DNA of 64,000 bases, from assembly GCA_045588045.1 (NCBI GenBank), contig JAZNDJ010000070.1, positions 17,190 to 81,189 of the forward strand, given 5' to 3'. The notes beneath the pieces are model-generated. The model worked only from the letters and a program-made list of their open reading frames with translations, ran no database searches and was not told where the DNA came from. This document shows, in pieces, positions 28,743-38,689 of this stretch. The position numbers and the translations under genes were made by a program. How positions within the stretch are numbered: position 1 is the stretch's first letter; each line of letters opens with the position of its first letter. This stretch comes from Faecousia sp. GTDB taxonomy: Bacteria; Bacillota; Clostridia; Oscillospirales; Oscillospiraceae.

Positions 28743-29786
28743 TTAAAACTGCTCCAGGAAACGGACATCGTTATCAAAGATCAGACGAAGATCATTGATC
28801 CGCATACGGCCCATAGCCATGCGCTCCAGGCCCATACCGAAGGCGAAACCAGAATACTTCTCCGGGTCAATGCCACAACCTTCCAAAACTGCAGGATGGA
28901 CCATACCTGCGCCAAGCAGCTCGATCCAGCCTTCGCCGTGACAGGTGGAGCATACCTGCCCATCCACTTCGCCTGTACCGTGGCACTTATGGCACTGCAT
29001 GTCCATTTCGCAGCTGGGCTCTGTAAAAGGGAAATGATGGGGGCGGAAGCGCATTTGTGCATCCTGTCCGTAAATTCGGCGCATAACGGTGACAAGCGCA
29101 CCCTTCAGATCGCCCATGGTAATGTTTTCATCCACCACAAGACCTTCAATCTGGTGGAACATAGGGGAGTGGGTCGCATCTGCCTCGTCCTTACGGAATA
29201 CGCGTCCCGGTGCAAGAATACAAATCGGAGGCTTGGTGTTTTCCATTGCCCGAATCTGCATAGGACTGGTCTGTGTACGCAACAGAACGGAATCATCATC
29301 GGTGAAATAGAAGGTGTCACGGCGGTCACGGGAGGGGTGGCCATCTTCGATGTTCAGCCGGGTGAAGTTATAATCCGCGAGCTCAACTTCGGGGCCGTCA
29401 ACGACCTGGTAGCCCATGCCGACAAAAATGTCCTTGATCTCCTGCAGTACCATATTCATAGGGTGCTGGTGACCCAGGGAGATGCTGTCGCCGGGAATGG
29501 TCACGTCAATGGATTCAGAAGCCAATTTTGCTTCCAGTACAGAGGCGTTGATCTGCGCCTTCCGCTCCTCTAGTTTTTCTTCAATCTCCGCACGTACACT
29601 ATTCGCGATCTGACCAACAACAGGTCTCTCCTCGGGAGAAAGCTTGCCCATCTGCTTCAACACGGCGGTCAGCTCGCCCTTCTTGCCAAGCAGCTTAATG
29701 CGCAGTTCTTCAAGTGCTGCAGGCGTTTGTGCAGCCTGCAGGTCGGAAATTGCCTGTAGCTTAATGCTTTCCAGTTGTTCTTTCAT
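28743..29786 (-). CDS. pheS: Phenylalanine-tRNA ligase alpha subunit
   Basis: LLRTQTSP, PGRVFR, HSPMFHQIEG, FPFTEPS, GFAFGMGLER; ATG at 29786. Confidence 0.97.
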   Translation of the reverse strand: MKEQLESIKLQAISDLQAAQTPAALEELRIKLLGKKGELTAVLKQMGKLSPEERPVVGQIANSVRAEIEEKLEERKAQINASVLEAKLASESIDVTIPGDSISLGHQHPMNMVLQEIKDIFVGMGYQVVDGPEVELADYNFTRLNIEDGHPSRDRRDTFYFTDDDSVLLRTQTSPMQIRAMENTKPPICILAPGRVFRKDEADATHSPMFHQIEGLVVDENITMGDLKGALVTVMRRIYGQDAQMRFRPHHFPFTEPSCEMDMQCHKCHGTGEVDGQVCSTCHGEGWIELLGAGMVHPAVLEGCGIDPEKYSGFAFGMGLERMAMGRMRINDLRLIFDNDVRFLEQF

Positions 29787-29814
29787 GTCTGTTGCTCCTT
29801 CCAAACAGATAAAT

Positions 29815-30070
29815 ACAAATAAAAAACCCTCATCCCTATTCGGGACGAAGGTCAACCTCCGCGGTACCACCCGCAATTCGCCATATAGACGCAGCTCATG
29901 GATGCTAACACATCCTGGATCGTTAACGGAATCATCCGGCGCACCCTACTTATAGTTCAGGTGGCAGCTCATGGGAGAAGGCCCCGTACTGCACGCAAGC
30001 GGATCCCACCATCCCGCTCTCTCTGTAAGCGCAAGCCAATATAGGACAGCCCAATCAAAGCCGTTGCATA
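29815..30070 (-). promoter_or_regulatory. T-box riboswitch, Phe (UUC specifier)
   Basis: GGGTGGTACCGCGG T-box at ~29859-29872; AGAGA/GGTGGGA stem I motifs; UUC at 29977-29979; terminator with U-tract. Confidence 0.9.
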
Positions 30071-30078
30071 TTGGAAGT

Positions 30079-30107
30079 ATGGTAACATATTTACAAAGAA
30101 AATGCAA
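30079..30107 (-). promoter_or_regulatory. SigA promoter of the pheST leader
   Basis: TTGCAT-N17-TACCAT. Confidence 0.6.
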
Positions 30108-30120
30108 GCAGAATTTGCAT

Positions 30121-30149
30121 TTGACGGCATACTTTGTAGGTGTTATGAT
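30121..30149 (+). promoter_or_regulatory. SigA promoter of nnrD
   Basis: TTGACG-N17-TATGAT with TG extension. Confidence 0.7.
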
Positions 30150-30169
30150 GTAAATAAGGGGTGATCGTG

Positions 30170-31018
30170 GTGAATATTCTTAAGCTGAATCATAGCGAAG
30201 TCCTTTCTGCGCTGCCGGATAGGGAACCTTTTGCGCACAAAGGTGACTTTGGTCGAGTCCTTTTACTGTGCGGCAGTGAGGGCTACACAGGCGCAGCAGC
30301 TCTGGCTGCCATGGGAGCGTTGCGTACCGGTGCAGGCCTTGTTTATTTGGGCGTTCCAAGGTGCATCTATGCCATAGAGGCGGTCAAGCTTAACGAGGCA
30401 ATCGTATTTCCGCTGCCTGATCAGAATGGTATGTTTTCGGAACACGTGATTCCTGTGATTTCGGAAAGACTGCAGGGCATGGATGCGGTCTTAATAGGCC
30501 CCGGCATGGGGCAATCAGAGGACTGCTTCAAGCTCGTAAAGCATGTTCTTCACACGTTCAGCGGACCGGTCGTTTTGGATGCGGACGGAATAAATCTCAT
30601 CGCACAGCATAAGGATATTTTGCGTGGAAGGACAGGCGTCACGGTTCTGACGCCTCATGCCGGCGAGTTTGCAAGGTTGAATGGTGCTTTTACCGCAGAC
30701 CGTGTACGGGACGCTTATGTATTCGCCAGGGAGCATGGCGTTATCCTTTTACTAAAGGGGCACGAAACCGTTATTACCGACGGAGTGACGACTTACCTCA
30801 ACGAAAACGGAAATGCCGGAATGGCGGTTGGCGGAAGCGGGGATGTTTTAGCGGGTATGATCGTCAGTCTGTTGGGGCAGGGGATCCCAGCATTGCGTGC
30901 AGCAGCCTGTAGTGCATGGCTTCACGGTGCGGCGGGGGATCTATGCGCCAAAGAGCTTGGTCAATACGGACTGCTGCCAAGTGACATGCTCAATGTGCTT
31001 CCACGACTTATGAAATAA
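30170..31018 (+). CDS. nnrD: ADP-dependent NAD(P)H-hydrate dehydratase
   Basis: HKGDFG, GAAALAA.GALRTGAGLV, GPGMG, LDADG, TPHAGEF, GGSGDVLAG; start could be 30161 or 30170. Confidence 0.93.
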   Translation: MNILKLNHSEVLSALPDREPFAHKGDFGRVLLLCGSEGYTGAAALAAMGALRTGAGLVYLGVPRCIYAIEAVKLNEAIVFPLPDQNGMFSEHVIPVISERLQGMDAVLIGPGMGQSEDCFKLVKHVLHTFSGPVVLDADGINLIAQHKDILRGRTGVTVLTPHAGEFARLNGAFTADRVRDAYVFAREHGVILLLKGHETVITDGVTTYLNENGNAGMAVGGSGDVLAGMIVSLLGQGIPALRAAACSAWLHGAAGDLCAKELGQYGLLPSDMLNVLPRLMK

Positions 31019-31029
31019 GGTGGGTCTTG

Positions 31030-31590
31030 ATGAAGCGTTTGATCGTAGTTTGCTTGCTTGTGGTAACGCTATTTGGCTGTGGGAGAGCCGGTTCTGCAGT
31101 TGAGGATGCGATGGAGCTTAGGGACAGGTTGCTAAAAAGCAACGGCTGTTCTTTTGATGCTGTGATCACAGCAGACTACGGAGAGGACATCTACACATTC
31201 GGTATGACGTGTAATACAAGCAAGGATGGACAGATCACCTTTACTGTGACAGAGCCGGAGACAATTTCCGGCATATCCGGTGTGATCGGTGAAAGTAGCG
31301 CAAGCTTCACTTTTGACGAACAGGCGTTGCTGTTTCAACTGCTTGCAGACGGTCAGGTGTCGCCGATAAGCGCCCCGTGGTTTTTTGTACATACATTACG
31401 CGGCGGATACATACGTGCTTGCACGGTTAAGCGTGATGGGCTGCACATGATCATCGATGATACATATGAGGACAACGCCCTGCAAATGGATATATACACA
31501 GATGCGCAGATGGTGCCGATTCGGGGCGAGATCCTGTTTGATGGTCGTCGGATCCTGTCATTGGATATTCAAAAGTTCATGTTTTTGTAG
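31030..31590 (+). CDS. Lipoprotein, GerS/YdcC (LolA-like) related
   Basis: Lipobox LFGC; 'TVTEPETISGI' resembles GerS-related proteins; position between nnr and mazF matches gerS/ydcC synteny. Confidence 0.6.
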   Translation: MKRLIVVCLLVVTLFGCGRAGSAVEDAMELRDRLLKSNGCSFDAVITADYGEDIYTFGMTCNTSKDGQITFTVTEPETISGISGVIGESSASFTFDEQALLFQLLADGQVSPISAPWFFVHTLRGGYIRACTVKRDGLHMIIDDTYEDNALQMDIYTDAQMVPIRGEILFDGRRILSLDIQKFMFL

Positions 31591-31732
31591 AATATTGGCG
31601 TTTCTTGCATAGGATAAAATGAAAGCACTGCCGTATATTTTTCTTCTATGCGTGGGACAATACATCTAGCCGCGTTACATATTGGATCGATCCGGTAGCG
31701 CAGCCAATGTTTTCTCACGGAGTGTGAAGTAT

Positions 31733-32098
31733 ATGGAAAGTACGGTCAAACGGGGAGATATATTCTACGCGGACCTTTCGCCGGTAGTTGGCAGCGAGCA
31801 GGGCGGTACAAGACCTGTCCTTATTGTGCAGAACGATACCGGCAATCGACATTCGCCGACAGTCATTGCGGCGGCCATCACCAGCCAGACAAGCAAAGCA
31901 AGGCTGCCAACGCATATCAATATTGCCGGAGGAAGTGTCGGACTTTCGAAGGACTCCGTGATTCTTTTGGAGCAGGTACGCACCATTGATAAACGCCGTC
32001 TGCGTGAACATATGGGTCGTTTGGATGATGCGCATATGGCACTGGTCGACGACGCAATTGCGGTAAGTTTCGGTCTGAATGATTCACGAACAATATGA
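31733..32098 (+). CDS. mazF: MazF/PemK family endoribonuclease (EndoA/NdoA type)
   Basis: KRGDIFYADLSPVVGSEQGGTRPVLIVQND.GN..SPTVI.AAIT; SVILLEQVRTIDKRRL. Confidence 0.95.
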   Translation: MESTVKRGDIFYADLSPVVGSEQGGTRPVLIVQNDTGNRHSPTVIAAAITSQTSKARLPTHINIAGGSVGLSKDSVILLEQVRTIDKRRLREHMGRLDDAHMALVDDAIAVSFGLNDSRTI

Positions 32099-32547
32099 TA
32101 AACGTAATACGGCACCCACCGTGTGCATATAGTTGCACGGGGGTGCCGCTTGTTTTGGAGCATTATCAAATTTTTCTTGACCAGTCGCAGATCGGACAGG
32201 CTGTATTTATGCGTGAGGGGCTATACTACGCGATCAAATGTTTCTGCAAACTGCCAGACAGCAGAATATATGGTATTGTTGCCATTTGTACGGATGGGAA
32301 TATCTTTCTTGGGACCTGCTATTCCAACGGAAGTGACTGTCAATTGCAAACCAGAAAGCCGTTCAAGCATTTCCCGGGAAAGGTTGTTCGTTTGGATGTA
32401 GTCCTAAAAGCTACAGGACTGTCCTCTCAGGTCACAGTTGCGGATGAATCTGCACCGATCCCATTTTTGGAAATGATTGAAAATGCAACGATCAGCATTC
32501 ACGAGGGCTCGCCAGTACTGCAAATTCAAAAAAATCTAGTTGATTAA
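32095..32547 (+). CDS. Hypothetical protein (start uncertain)
   Basis: ORF overlaps the mazF stop (ATGA) and fills the gap to the convergent gene. Confidence 0.55.
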   Translation: MINVIRHPPCAYSCTGVPLVLEHYQIFLDQSQIGQAVFMREGLYYAIKCFCKLPDSRIYGIVAICTDGNIFLGTCYSNGSDCQLQTRKPFKHFPGKVVRLDVVLKATGLSSQVTVADESAPIPFLEMIENATISIHEGSPVLQIQKNLVD

Positions 32548-33012
32548 TTGAAGAGACTGCGCATTCATCTCGACATAGCCTTGGGCACCAAGCTGGGCAG
32601 TCTCAGCCCGAATCACAACCGTCTCTGTTTGTGTCAACGCAATGACCGTTGATGCTAAGCATCCGCAGGCGATGGTAAGCTCGACACCTGTCAGCATAGC
32701 TATTTCATCACTAAGGATGATCTCAGCCAACTGCTTTCCTGAGGAAAGATTCACAAGTTTTGTTCCAGCGGGAAAGGGAGATACCAACTTTGTGCTTCTG
32801 GGCCCTTCCATATACAGAGTGATGATCGTTTCCATTTCCGAATTGGGGACAGATATTTTACGCTTCTCGGGGATGATGACCGCTGCACCGTCATCAAACG
32901 ATATATCCCTGTTGCAGTAGTAGAAATTTACGTAGCTGGAGGTGTTTCTTTGGCAACCGCAGATAAGAAGCATCAGGAAAATAACGAGTAGGATAGAGAT
33001 TATTCGTTTCAT
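32536..33012 (-). CDS. GerMN domain lipoprotein
   Basis: Lipobox ICGC; 'LYMEGP...LVSPFPAGTKL' and 'LASTV' GerMN-like motifs. Confidence 0.75.
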   Translation of the reverse strand: MKRIISILLVIFLMLLICGCQRNTSSYVNFYYCNRDISFDDGAAVIIPEKRKISVPNSEMETIITLYMEGPRSTKLVSPFPAGTKLVNLSSGKQLAEIILSDEIAMLTGVELTIACGCLASTVIALTQTETVVIRAETAQLGAQGYVEMNAQSLQLIN

Positions 33013-34454
33013 GATGATTCCTCCTCGGTATCAAAGACAGGAAAGGAAACAGTGAAAGTTGTACCCTGTCCGACGGTGCTTTCTACCGCAATCGTACCGC
33101 GATTCCGTTCAACCATATTCCGCACGATGGAAAGGCCCAAACCGCTACCGCCGGAGCTACGCGAGCGCGCTTTATCAACGCGGTAAAACCGTTCAAAAAT
33201 ATGCTTCAGATCTTCCTCGGAGATACCGGTTCCGGTATCGGATAGGCAAATTGTGGAGTTATCACCCGTGCGACCCAAGGTGATCATCAGCTTGCCGCCC
33301 TGCACATTATACTTTATACCGTTTTCTGCAAGATTGAAAATGATTTGGTACAGGTCATCCTCCAGCATAAGCACAGGATGGTCATCGCTCAGATCAGTAA
33401 CAAGTTCAATGTTGCGCTCTGCCGCGATTACGGACAGCATCCGAATGACTCTATTGACAGTAGGCGCAATATGCACAATCTCAAACTCGTCGCTGAGATC
33501 ATCTTCGATCTTGGTAAGTGTAAGCAACTTTTGCGACATGCGGTTAAGCCGGTCTGCTTCGTTGCCGATGTCGCTGACAAATTCTTTTACCGTTTGAATG
33601 TCCATCTCGTTCTGGAGAACGGAATCTGACAACAGCTTGATCGAAGCTAAGGGCGTCTTCAGCTCATGTGAGGCATCCGATACGAATTGTCGACGCTTTC
33701 GCTCGGAGGTGTTCAGCCTCTCTGTGAGATCATTAAAGGCATCGCCAAGGGCAGTCAATTCATCATTGCCGCCGATCTCCAGCTTATGTTCATAATCGCC
33801 GGTACGGACCTTCTTGATCGTTGCCATGATCTTGCGGATCCTGTGTGAATAACCGGTAGAGAACCAAATGGCAAAGATCAAAACGGTGAGTTCAAGTATT
33901 ACTGTGATCCAGAAAATGTTATTTTGAATCGATGCAATCAACGCACCTTGCTCGTTGTCAAGCTCCGTAATATGCAGACAGCCGATCAGAACACCGTAGG
34001 AATATATCGGCATCGCTGCATGGGATTGCATGGAGCCTCTGTGATACTGCCATGTAAAAACATCGTTACCACGAAGCGCGGCCACAGTTTGCGGTGTAAG
34101 CTTATACATGGCAGCATTGCTATCGCCTTGCAGTGAGTCATAAATGATGAGCCCGTTTTGGTCGGTGACGGCGATCTGTGTCAGTGATGACATTGTCACA
34201 TCTGTGATCGAGTCGGCTATCGTAGAGCTGTTAAGAATATTGAGGGATGATATGTCCAGGCAAAGCAGCTCGCATTTTTCCAGCATAGAGGTTTTCTTGC
34301 TGTTATAAAAAAGCTCCTGACTGTTATGTGCAGTATAGACGTTTAGGAATAGTAGGACAAAGAATGTAACAACCACATATACTGCAGCATAGCGAAACTG
34401 TGCACTTTTTATTTGGTCGGGGAGCTTTAATTTATTTTTTGAAGTAATAACCAA
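33009..34454 (-). CDS. Sensor histidine kinase (2 TM, HAMP, HisKA, HATPase)
   Basis: SDASHELKTPL H-box; NLAENGIKY, DTGTGI, FERFYRVDKARSR..GGSGLGL. Confidence 0.95.
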   Translation of the reverse strand: MVITSKNKLKLPDQIKSAQFRYAAVYVVVTFFVLLFLNVYTAHNSQELFYNSKKTSMLEKCELLCLDISSLNILNSSTIADSITDVTMSSLTQIAVTDQNGLIIYDSLQGDSNAAMYKLTPQTVAALRGNDVFTWQYHRGSMQSHAAMPIYSYGVLIGCLHITELDNEQGALIASIQNNIFWITVILELTVLIFAIWFSTGYSHRIRKIMATIKKVRTGDYEHKLEIGGNDELTALGDAFNDLTERLNTSERKRRQFVSDASHELKTPLASIKLLSDSVLQNEMDIQTVKEFVSDIGNEADRLNRMSQKLLTLTKIEDDLSDEFEIVHIAPTVNRVIRMLSVIAAERNIELVTDLSDDHPVLMLEDDLYQIIFNLAENGIKYNVQGGKLMITLGRTGDNSTICLSDTGTGISEEDLKHIFERFYRVDKARSRSSGGSGLGLSIVRNMVERNRGTIAVESTVGQGTTFTVSFPVFDTEEESS

Positions 34455-35109
34455 CGCCCCATTTCGTCATAATGTACTGCGGGTCTGCAGGGTCCTCTTC
34501 AAGCTTTTCACGCAGCCGGCGAATATGAACATCCACAGTGCGGATATCGCTGCGGTATTCATAGACCCAAATGGTGTCCAAAAGCGCTTCGCGGGAATAT
34601 ACCTTGTTGGGGTTCTTCATTAGGAACTCGATCACGTCAAATTCTTTTGCTGTCAGGTCAGCCAGCTCACCGGACCGATACGCATTTCTCCCATCCAGAT
34701 CCAGCGTTATTAAGCCGATCGTCAGGGTCGTTCCGTTGTTTTGATCTTGCCTTGATGCGCGGCGAAGCAATGCGCGGACGCGGGCCTTCAGCTCCAGAAT
34801 GTTAAAGGGCTTGGTCAAGTAATCATCTGCGCCCTGTTCAAAGCCCATTAGCTTGTCTATATCCTCGGTTTTTGCAGTCAGTAGGATAATGGGAACATCC
34901 GATGTCTCCCGAATCCGTGCACAGGCACTCAAGCCGTCCAGCTCCGGCATCATAATGTCCAATATGATCAGATCCGGCTGCTGTGATTGTGCAAGCTCAA
35001 TGGCTTGCCGTCCGTTTGAACCGGTAATTACTTCGTAGCCTTCATTTTGTAAATTAAAACGAATACCTTTCACCAGAAGTTCTTCATCATCAACGACCAA
35101 AATTTTCAT
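34432..35109 (-). CDS. OmpR/PhoB family response regulator
   Basis: ILVVDDE, LDIMMP, LTAK, GADDY.TKPF, RTVDVHIRRLREK, WGVGY. Confidence 0.96.
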   Translation of the reverse strand: MKILVVDDEELLVKGIRFNLQNEGYEVITGSNGRQAIELAQSQQPDLIILDIMMPELDGLSACARIRETSDVPIILLTAKTEDIDKLMGFEQGADDYLTKPFNILELKARVRALLRRASRQDQNNGTTLTIGLITLDLDGRNAYRSGELADLTAKEFDVIEFLMKNPNKVYSREALLDTIWVYEYRSDIRTVDVHIRRLREKLEEDPADPQYIMTKWGVGYYFKK

Positions 35110-35110
35110 A

Positions 35111-35479
35111 TTAGCCTCCTACGGTTATATAGTCCGCGATCTCTGTGACGCGATTTGTACTGATGCCTTCGACTTTCGTCAGCTCTTCAACATGGATGAA
35201 TGGACCATTCTCAGTCCGGTAATCTATGATCCGCTGTGCCAATGATTTACCAACACCGGGAAGCAGGGCTAATGTTTCGGCTGATGCCGTATTAATGTTG
35301 ATCCTTCCACCGATAATGCCGGCTTCAACATCATCGGAAAAGATCGTTTTTGTTTCTGTTTCCGGCTTTTCGGCAATAGGCACTGCATAGCTACTATGTC
35401 TGCCAAGCAGAACACCTGTAACAAACACGAAGAACAGCACGGTGCAGGCAATCAATGTGCTTTGAAATGCTTTTTTCAT
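35111..35479 (-). CDS. comEA: ComEA family helix-hairpin-helix DNA-binding protein
   Basis: N-terminal TM; ININTASAETL..LPGVG..LAQRIIDYR..NGPF...EEL..V.GI. Confidence 0.85.
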   Translation of the reverse strand: MKKAFQSTLIACTVLFFVFVTGVLLGRHSSYAVPIAEKPETETKTIFSDDVEAGIIGGRININTASAETLALLPGVGKSLAQRIIDYRTENGPFIHVEELTKVEGISTNRVTEIADYITVGG

Positions 35480-35593
35480 AACTGAGTGCCTCCCGGATTG
35501 ACTGGTAAACGAAAACCTGCTATAATCTTTTCATCATTATACACAATTATTTGTCGTTGGACAAGTCCGATGATTGGATATTGAGGGAGAAAT

Positions 35594-37018
35594 ATGAAAA
35601 AAACAGTCACAATTTGTGTTTTGCTGTGCTTGATGGTTATTACATGCTTACAGCTTACTGCGCATGCAACAGATACGCAAGTGGATTCCAATGTACTTAT
35701 CGGAGGTCTTGACAGGAACTGCCACTCTGCCGATGCGCAAACTGCGCTTTTGGGCAGCGACGAATTGGTAAAAAATGCGAAGGCGGTTTTCTTATACGAG
35801 CTTAACAGCGAAACCCTGCTCTATGCATGGAATGCGGATGTGGGGATGGAGCCGGCCAGCTTGGTTAAAATCATGACTGCTTTCGTCGCCATTGAAAAGG
35901 GTACACTTACGGATGCGGTAACCGTGAAACAGAACGTCATCGATTCCGTTCCTAAGAATACCGTGTCTGCGGATCTTGTTGCAGACGAGGTCATGACCCT
36001 GGAGGACCTTCTGTACTGTATGATGGTCGGATCTGCAAGTGATGCCTCTGTTGTGATCGCTGATCATATTGCGGGAAGTCAGGACGACTTTGTTCGTCTG
36101 ATGAACGACCGCGCCGCACAACTTGGCTGCACAGGAACGCATTTTACCAATGCACATGGTCTGTATGACAAAGAGCAACTCATGACTGCTAGGGATGTGG
36201 TAAAGATCCTTGCTGCCGCATTAAAGAACGAGACCTTTGCCAAGGTTTTTGGTACTGTTCACCACACGATTCCTGCTACAAATAAATCCGCAGAACGAAA
36301 CCTTGTTACCGGCAATTACCTTATGAGCACTGATGATGTAAAGATCTACTATGACCCCCGTGTGACCGGCGGTCGAACCGGTGTAGTAAATGACGGTTCC
36401 CGTTGCCTCGCAGCGTGTTCGGAAGTGGACGGAATGAAGATTGTCAGCGTTGTGATGGGTTCGGCTTCTGTCTACCAAGAGAATGGTAATAAGGTCAACA
36501 GCTTTGGCGGTTATCCGGAGACAACCTCCCTTTTGGATATCGCGTTTAATAATTATAAGACGGTTCGAGTCCTCTATGAGGGTCAGGTGCTGACACAGAA
36601 AGATGTTATAAACGGTGCCAATGACGTAACACTTGGCTCTAATGTTGCTGTGGCAGCTGTCCTGCCGTCTGACGTAACGTCAGAGCAACTGCAGTTTCGG
36701 TATGTTGATGGGACCGGCAGCATAACAGCACCGATCGCGAAAGGGGAACAGGTCGCATCTGTTGAAATATGGCACGATAACTTTTGCGTTGCCCAGGCGG
36801 ACTTGTTCGCAATGAACGATGTCGCCTTGGCCGGAACACTTGTGGTAGGCGAGGATGGACACAACTTCAATTGGTGGTTGCTGCTTTGGATCATCCCGAT
36901 CATTTCTGTGGTTATCTGCGTATGGTTTCTTGTTCGCCGTTACGGACATAAATTCAAAGCCTTATTTGGTATAAGGGGTAAGCGACACCGCCGTGTGCCG
37001 AACAGGGGAGGGCGTTGA
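35594..37018 (+). CDS. D-alanyl-D-alanine carboxypeptidase family S11 protein
   Basis: Signal peptide, PASLVKIMT (SxxK), HFTNAHGL, PBP5_C-like domain, C-terminal TM. Confidence 0.88.
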   Translation: MKKTVTICVLLCLMVITCLQLTAHATDTQVDSNVLIGGLDRNCHSADAQTALLGSDELVKNAKAVFLYELNSETLLYAWNADVGMEPASLVKIMTAFVAIEKGTLTDAVTVKQNVIDSVPKNTVSADLVADEVMTLEDLLYCMMVGSASDASVVIADHIAGSQDDFVRLMNDRAAQLGCTGTHFTNAHGLYDKEQLMTARDVVKILAAALKNETFAKVFGTVHHTIPATNKSAERNLVTGNYLMSTDDVKIYYDPRVTGGRTGVVNDGSRCLAACSEVDGMKIVSVVMGSASVYQENGNKVNSFGGYPETTSLLDIAFNNYKTVRVLYEGQVLTQKDVINGANDVTLGSNVAVAAVLPSDVTSEQLQFRYVDGTGSITAPIAKGEQVASVEIWHDNFCVAQADLFAMNDVALAGTLVVGEDGHNFNWWLLLWIIPIISVVICVWFLVRRYGHKFKALFGIRGKRHRRVPNRGGR

Positions 37019-37019
37019 C

Positions 37020-37583
37020 ATGCTTGATTGGACAAGCCTTGAACAAGCCTGCGCCCACTGTGATAAATGTGCGCTTTCTGAAACCAGGACAAATGTTGTG
37101 TTCGGTGTTGGTCCAAAAAACGCAGACATTCTGTTTATTGGTGAAGGCCCTGGAGAACAGGAAGACCTGCGGGGCGAACCCTTTGTGGGTGCAGCGGGGA
37201 AGCTGTTGGATGATATGATGTCGATCATCGATCTGGACAGGACCAACACATATATTGCGAATATTGTTAAATGCAGACCACCGCGAAACCGAGATCCGCA
37301 GGATGCCGAGCAGGATGCCTGCATTGACTACCTGCGCAATCAAGTAGCGTTGATACAGCCGAAGATCATCGTCTGTCTTGGAAGGATCGCAGCAAAGAAG
37401 ATCATATATCCTGAGTTTCGTATAACCCAGGAGCATGGACAGTGGATCCATCGCAACGGTATTTGGATCATGGCAATCTATCACCCGGCAGCACTTTTGC
37501 GTGATGTACAAAAGCGACCGGAAACATTTGAGGATCTTTTGGTCCTGCGTGATAAGATCCGTGAGTTAAACATCAGCCTATGA
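37020..37583 (+). CDS. Uracil-DNA glycosylase family 4
   Basis: C..C.L, GEGPG..ED..GEPFVG.AG, NIVKCRPP.NR, YHPAA. Confidence 0.94.
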   Translation: MLDWTSLEQACAHCDKCALSETRTNVVFGVGPKNADILFIGEGPGEQEDLRGEPFVGAAGKLLDDMMSIIDLDRTNTYIANIVKCRPPRNRDPQDAEQDACIDYLRNQVALIQPKIIVCLGRIAAKKIIYPEFRITQEHGQWIHRNGIWIMAIYHPAALLRDVQKRPETFEDLLVLRDKIRELNISL

Positions 37584-37587
37584 GTAT

Positions 37588-37616
37588 GCCCGCATTGACA
37601 TAGCGTCAATGCGGGC
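37588..37616. terminator. Hairpin between convergent genes
   Basis: GCCCGCATTGAC-N5-GTCAATGCGGGC. Confidence 0.65.
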
Positions 37617-37622
37617 TGCTTA

Positions 37623-38561
37623 TTACATATCGGAATCGTCCAGGACTTCCTTTGTCAGGTAGACAGGTCGCTGCTTGCTTTGTTCGAAGATCTTCCCGAC
37701 GTATTCGCCGATGATACCGATGCAAAACAGCTGCGTGCTGCCCAGGAACAGGATCAGTACGATGATCGTTGCGTAACCGGAGATGTCGATACCGACGATT
37801 AGCTTCTCCAATACTACCACGATCAAATATATGATTGCGGCAAATGCGGTGAATCCGCCCAAAAATATGGAGATTCGAAGGGGCTTTGAGGAGTAACCGA
37901 TAATGCCGTCGATCGCGTAATTCATTAGCTTGCGGAAATTCCACTTGCTTTTTCCTGCAACTCGCTGGGCTGCATTATAGGGGATGAAGCAGGTGCTGTA
38001 TCCGACCCATGCAAAGATCCCCTTGGAGAATCTGTGGTAGTCGCCCATTGCCAGCATACTTTCCGCGACGCTTCTGCGAAATGTCCGGAAGTCACTGGCA
38101 TCGGAACGTAGTGTGATATCTGAGAGCTTGTTGATAATGGAATAGAAGCATTTTTTAAAGAGGGACAGCAACCACCCTTCATTTCGGCGATCCTGATAAG
38201 CTGCTACGATGTCGTACTCCTCCTGTTCATCCAATATCTGCACCATGTCCAGTACCAGCTCCGGCTGCTGCTGCAGGTCTGCATCTATGACACAGATATA
38301 GTCACCGGATGCATGCTGCAGGCCGGCATATATACCTGCATCCTTACCGAAATTCCTTGTAAAACTGACAACCTTTACCGGACACTTTTGCTGGCGGTAT
38401 GCCTTTTTCATGTTGTGCAGTGTTGCGTCCTTGCTTCCGTCATCGATGAAAACGATCTCATAGTCATAGCCGCAGTTTTCAAACGCACGAATCACTGCAT
38501 CTTGAAACAGATAAATATTCTCTGCTTCGTTATAACAGGGGACGATCAAAGATAGCTTCAT
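37623..38561 (-). CDS. GT2 glycosyltransferase (GtrB/bactoprenol glycosyltransferase-like)
   Basis: LIVPCYNE, DDGSKD, RNFGK, IDADLQ, two C-terminal TMs. Confidence 0.92.
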   Translation of the reverse strand: MKLSLIVPCYNEAENIYLFQDAVIRAFENCGYDYEIVFIDDGSKDATLHNMKKAYRQQKCPVKVVSFTRNFGKDAGIYAGLQHASGDYICVIDADLQQQPELVLDMVQILDEQEEYDIVAAYQDRRNEGWLLSLFKKCFYSIINKLSDITLRSDASDFRTFRRSVAESMLAMGDYHRFSKGIFAWVGYSTCFIPYNAAQRVAGKSKWNFRKLMNYAIDGIIGYSSKPLRISIFLGGFTAFAAIIYLIVVVLEKLIVGIDISGYATIIVLILFLGSTQLFCIGIIGEYVGKIFEQSKQRPVYLTKEVLDDSDM

Positions 38562-38689
38562 AAGCATCACACCCAATAAACTTTTTTGTTATTATATGCT
38601 AAATCCATGTGACAGTCAAGATTATCCGGAGGCTTTTGGAAATTGTCAGTTGACAGAAATTGCAAAATATGATACTTTTACATGGATAA

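Noticed and set aside
28930-29000. CxxC-CxxC insert in PheS
   Set aside because: A common feature of clostridial PheS; not novel.
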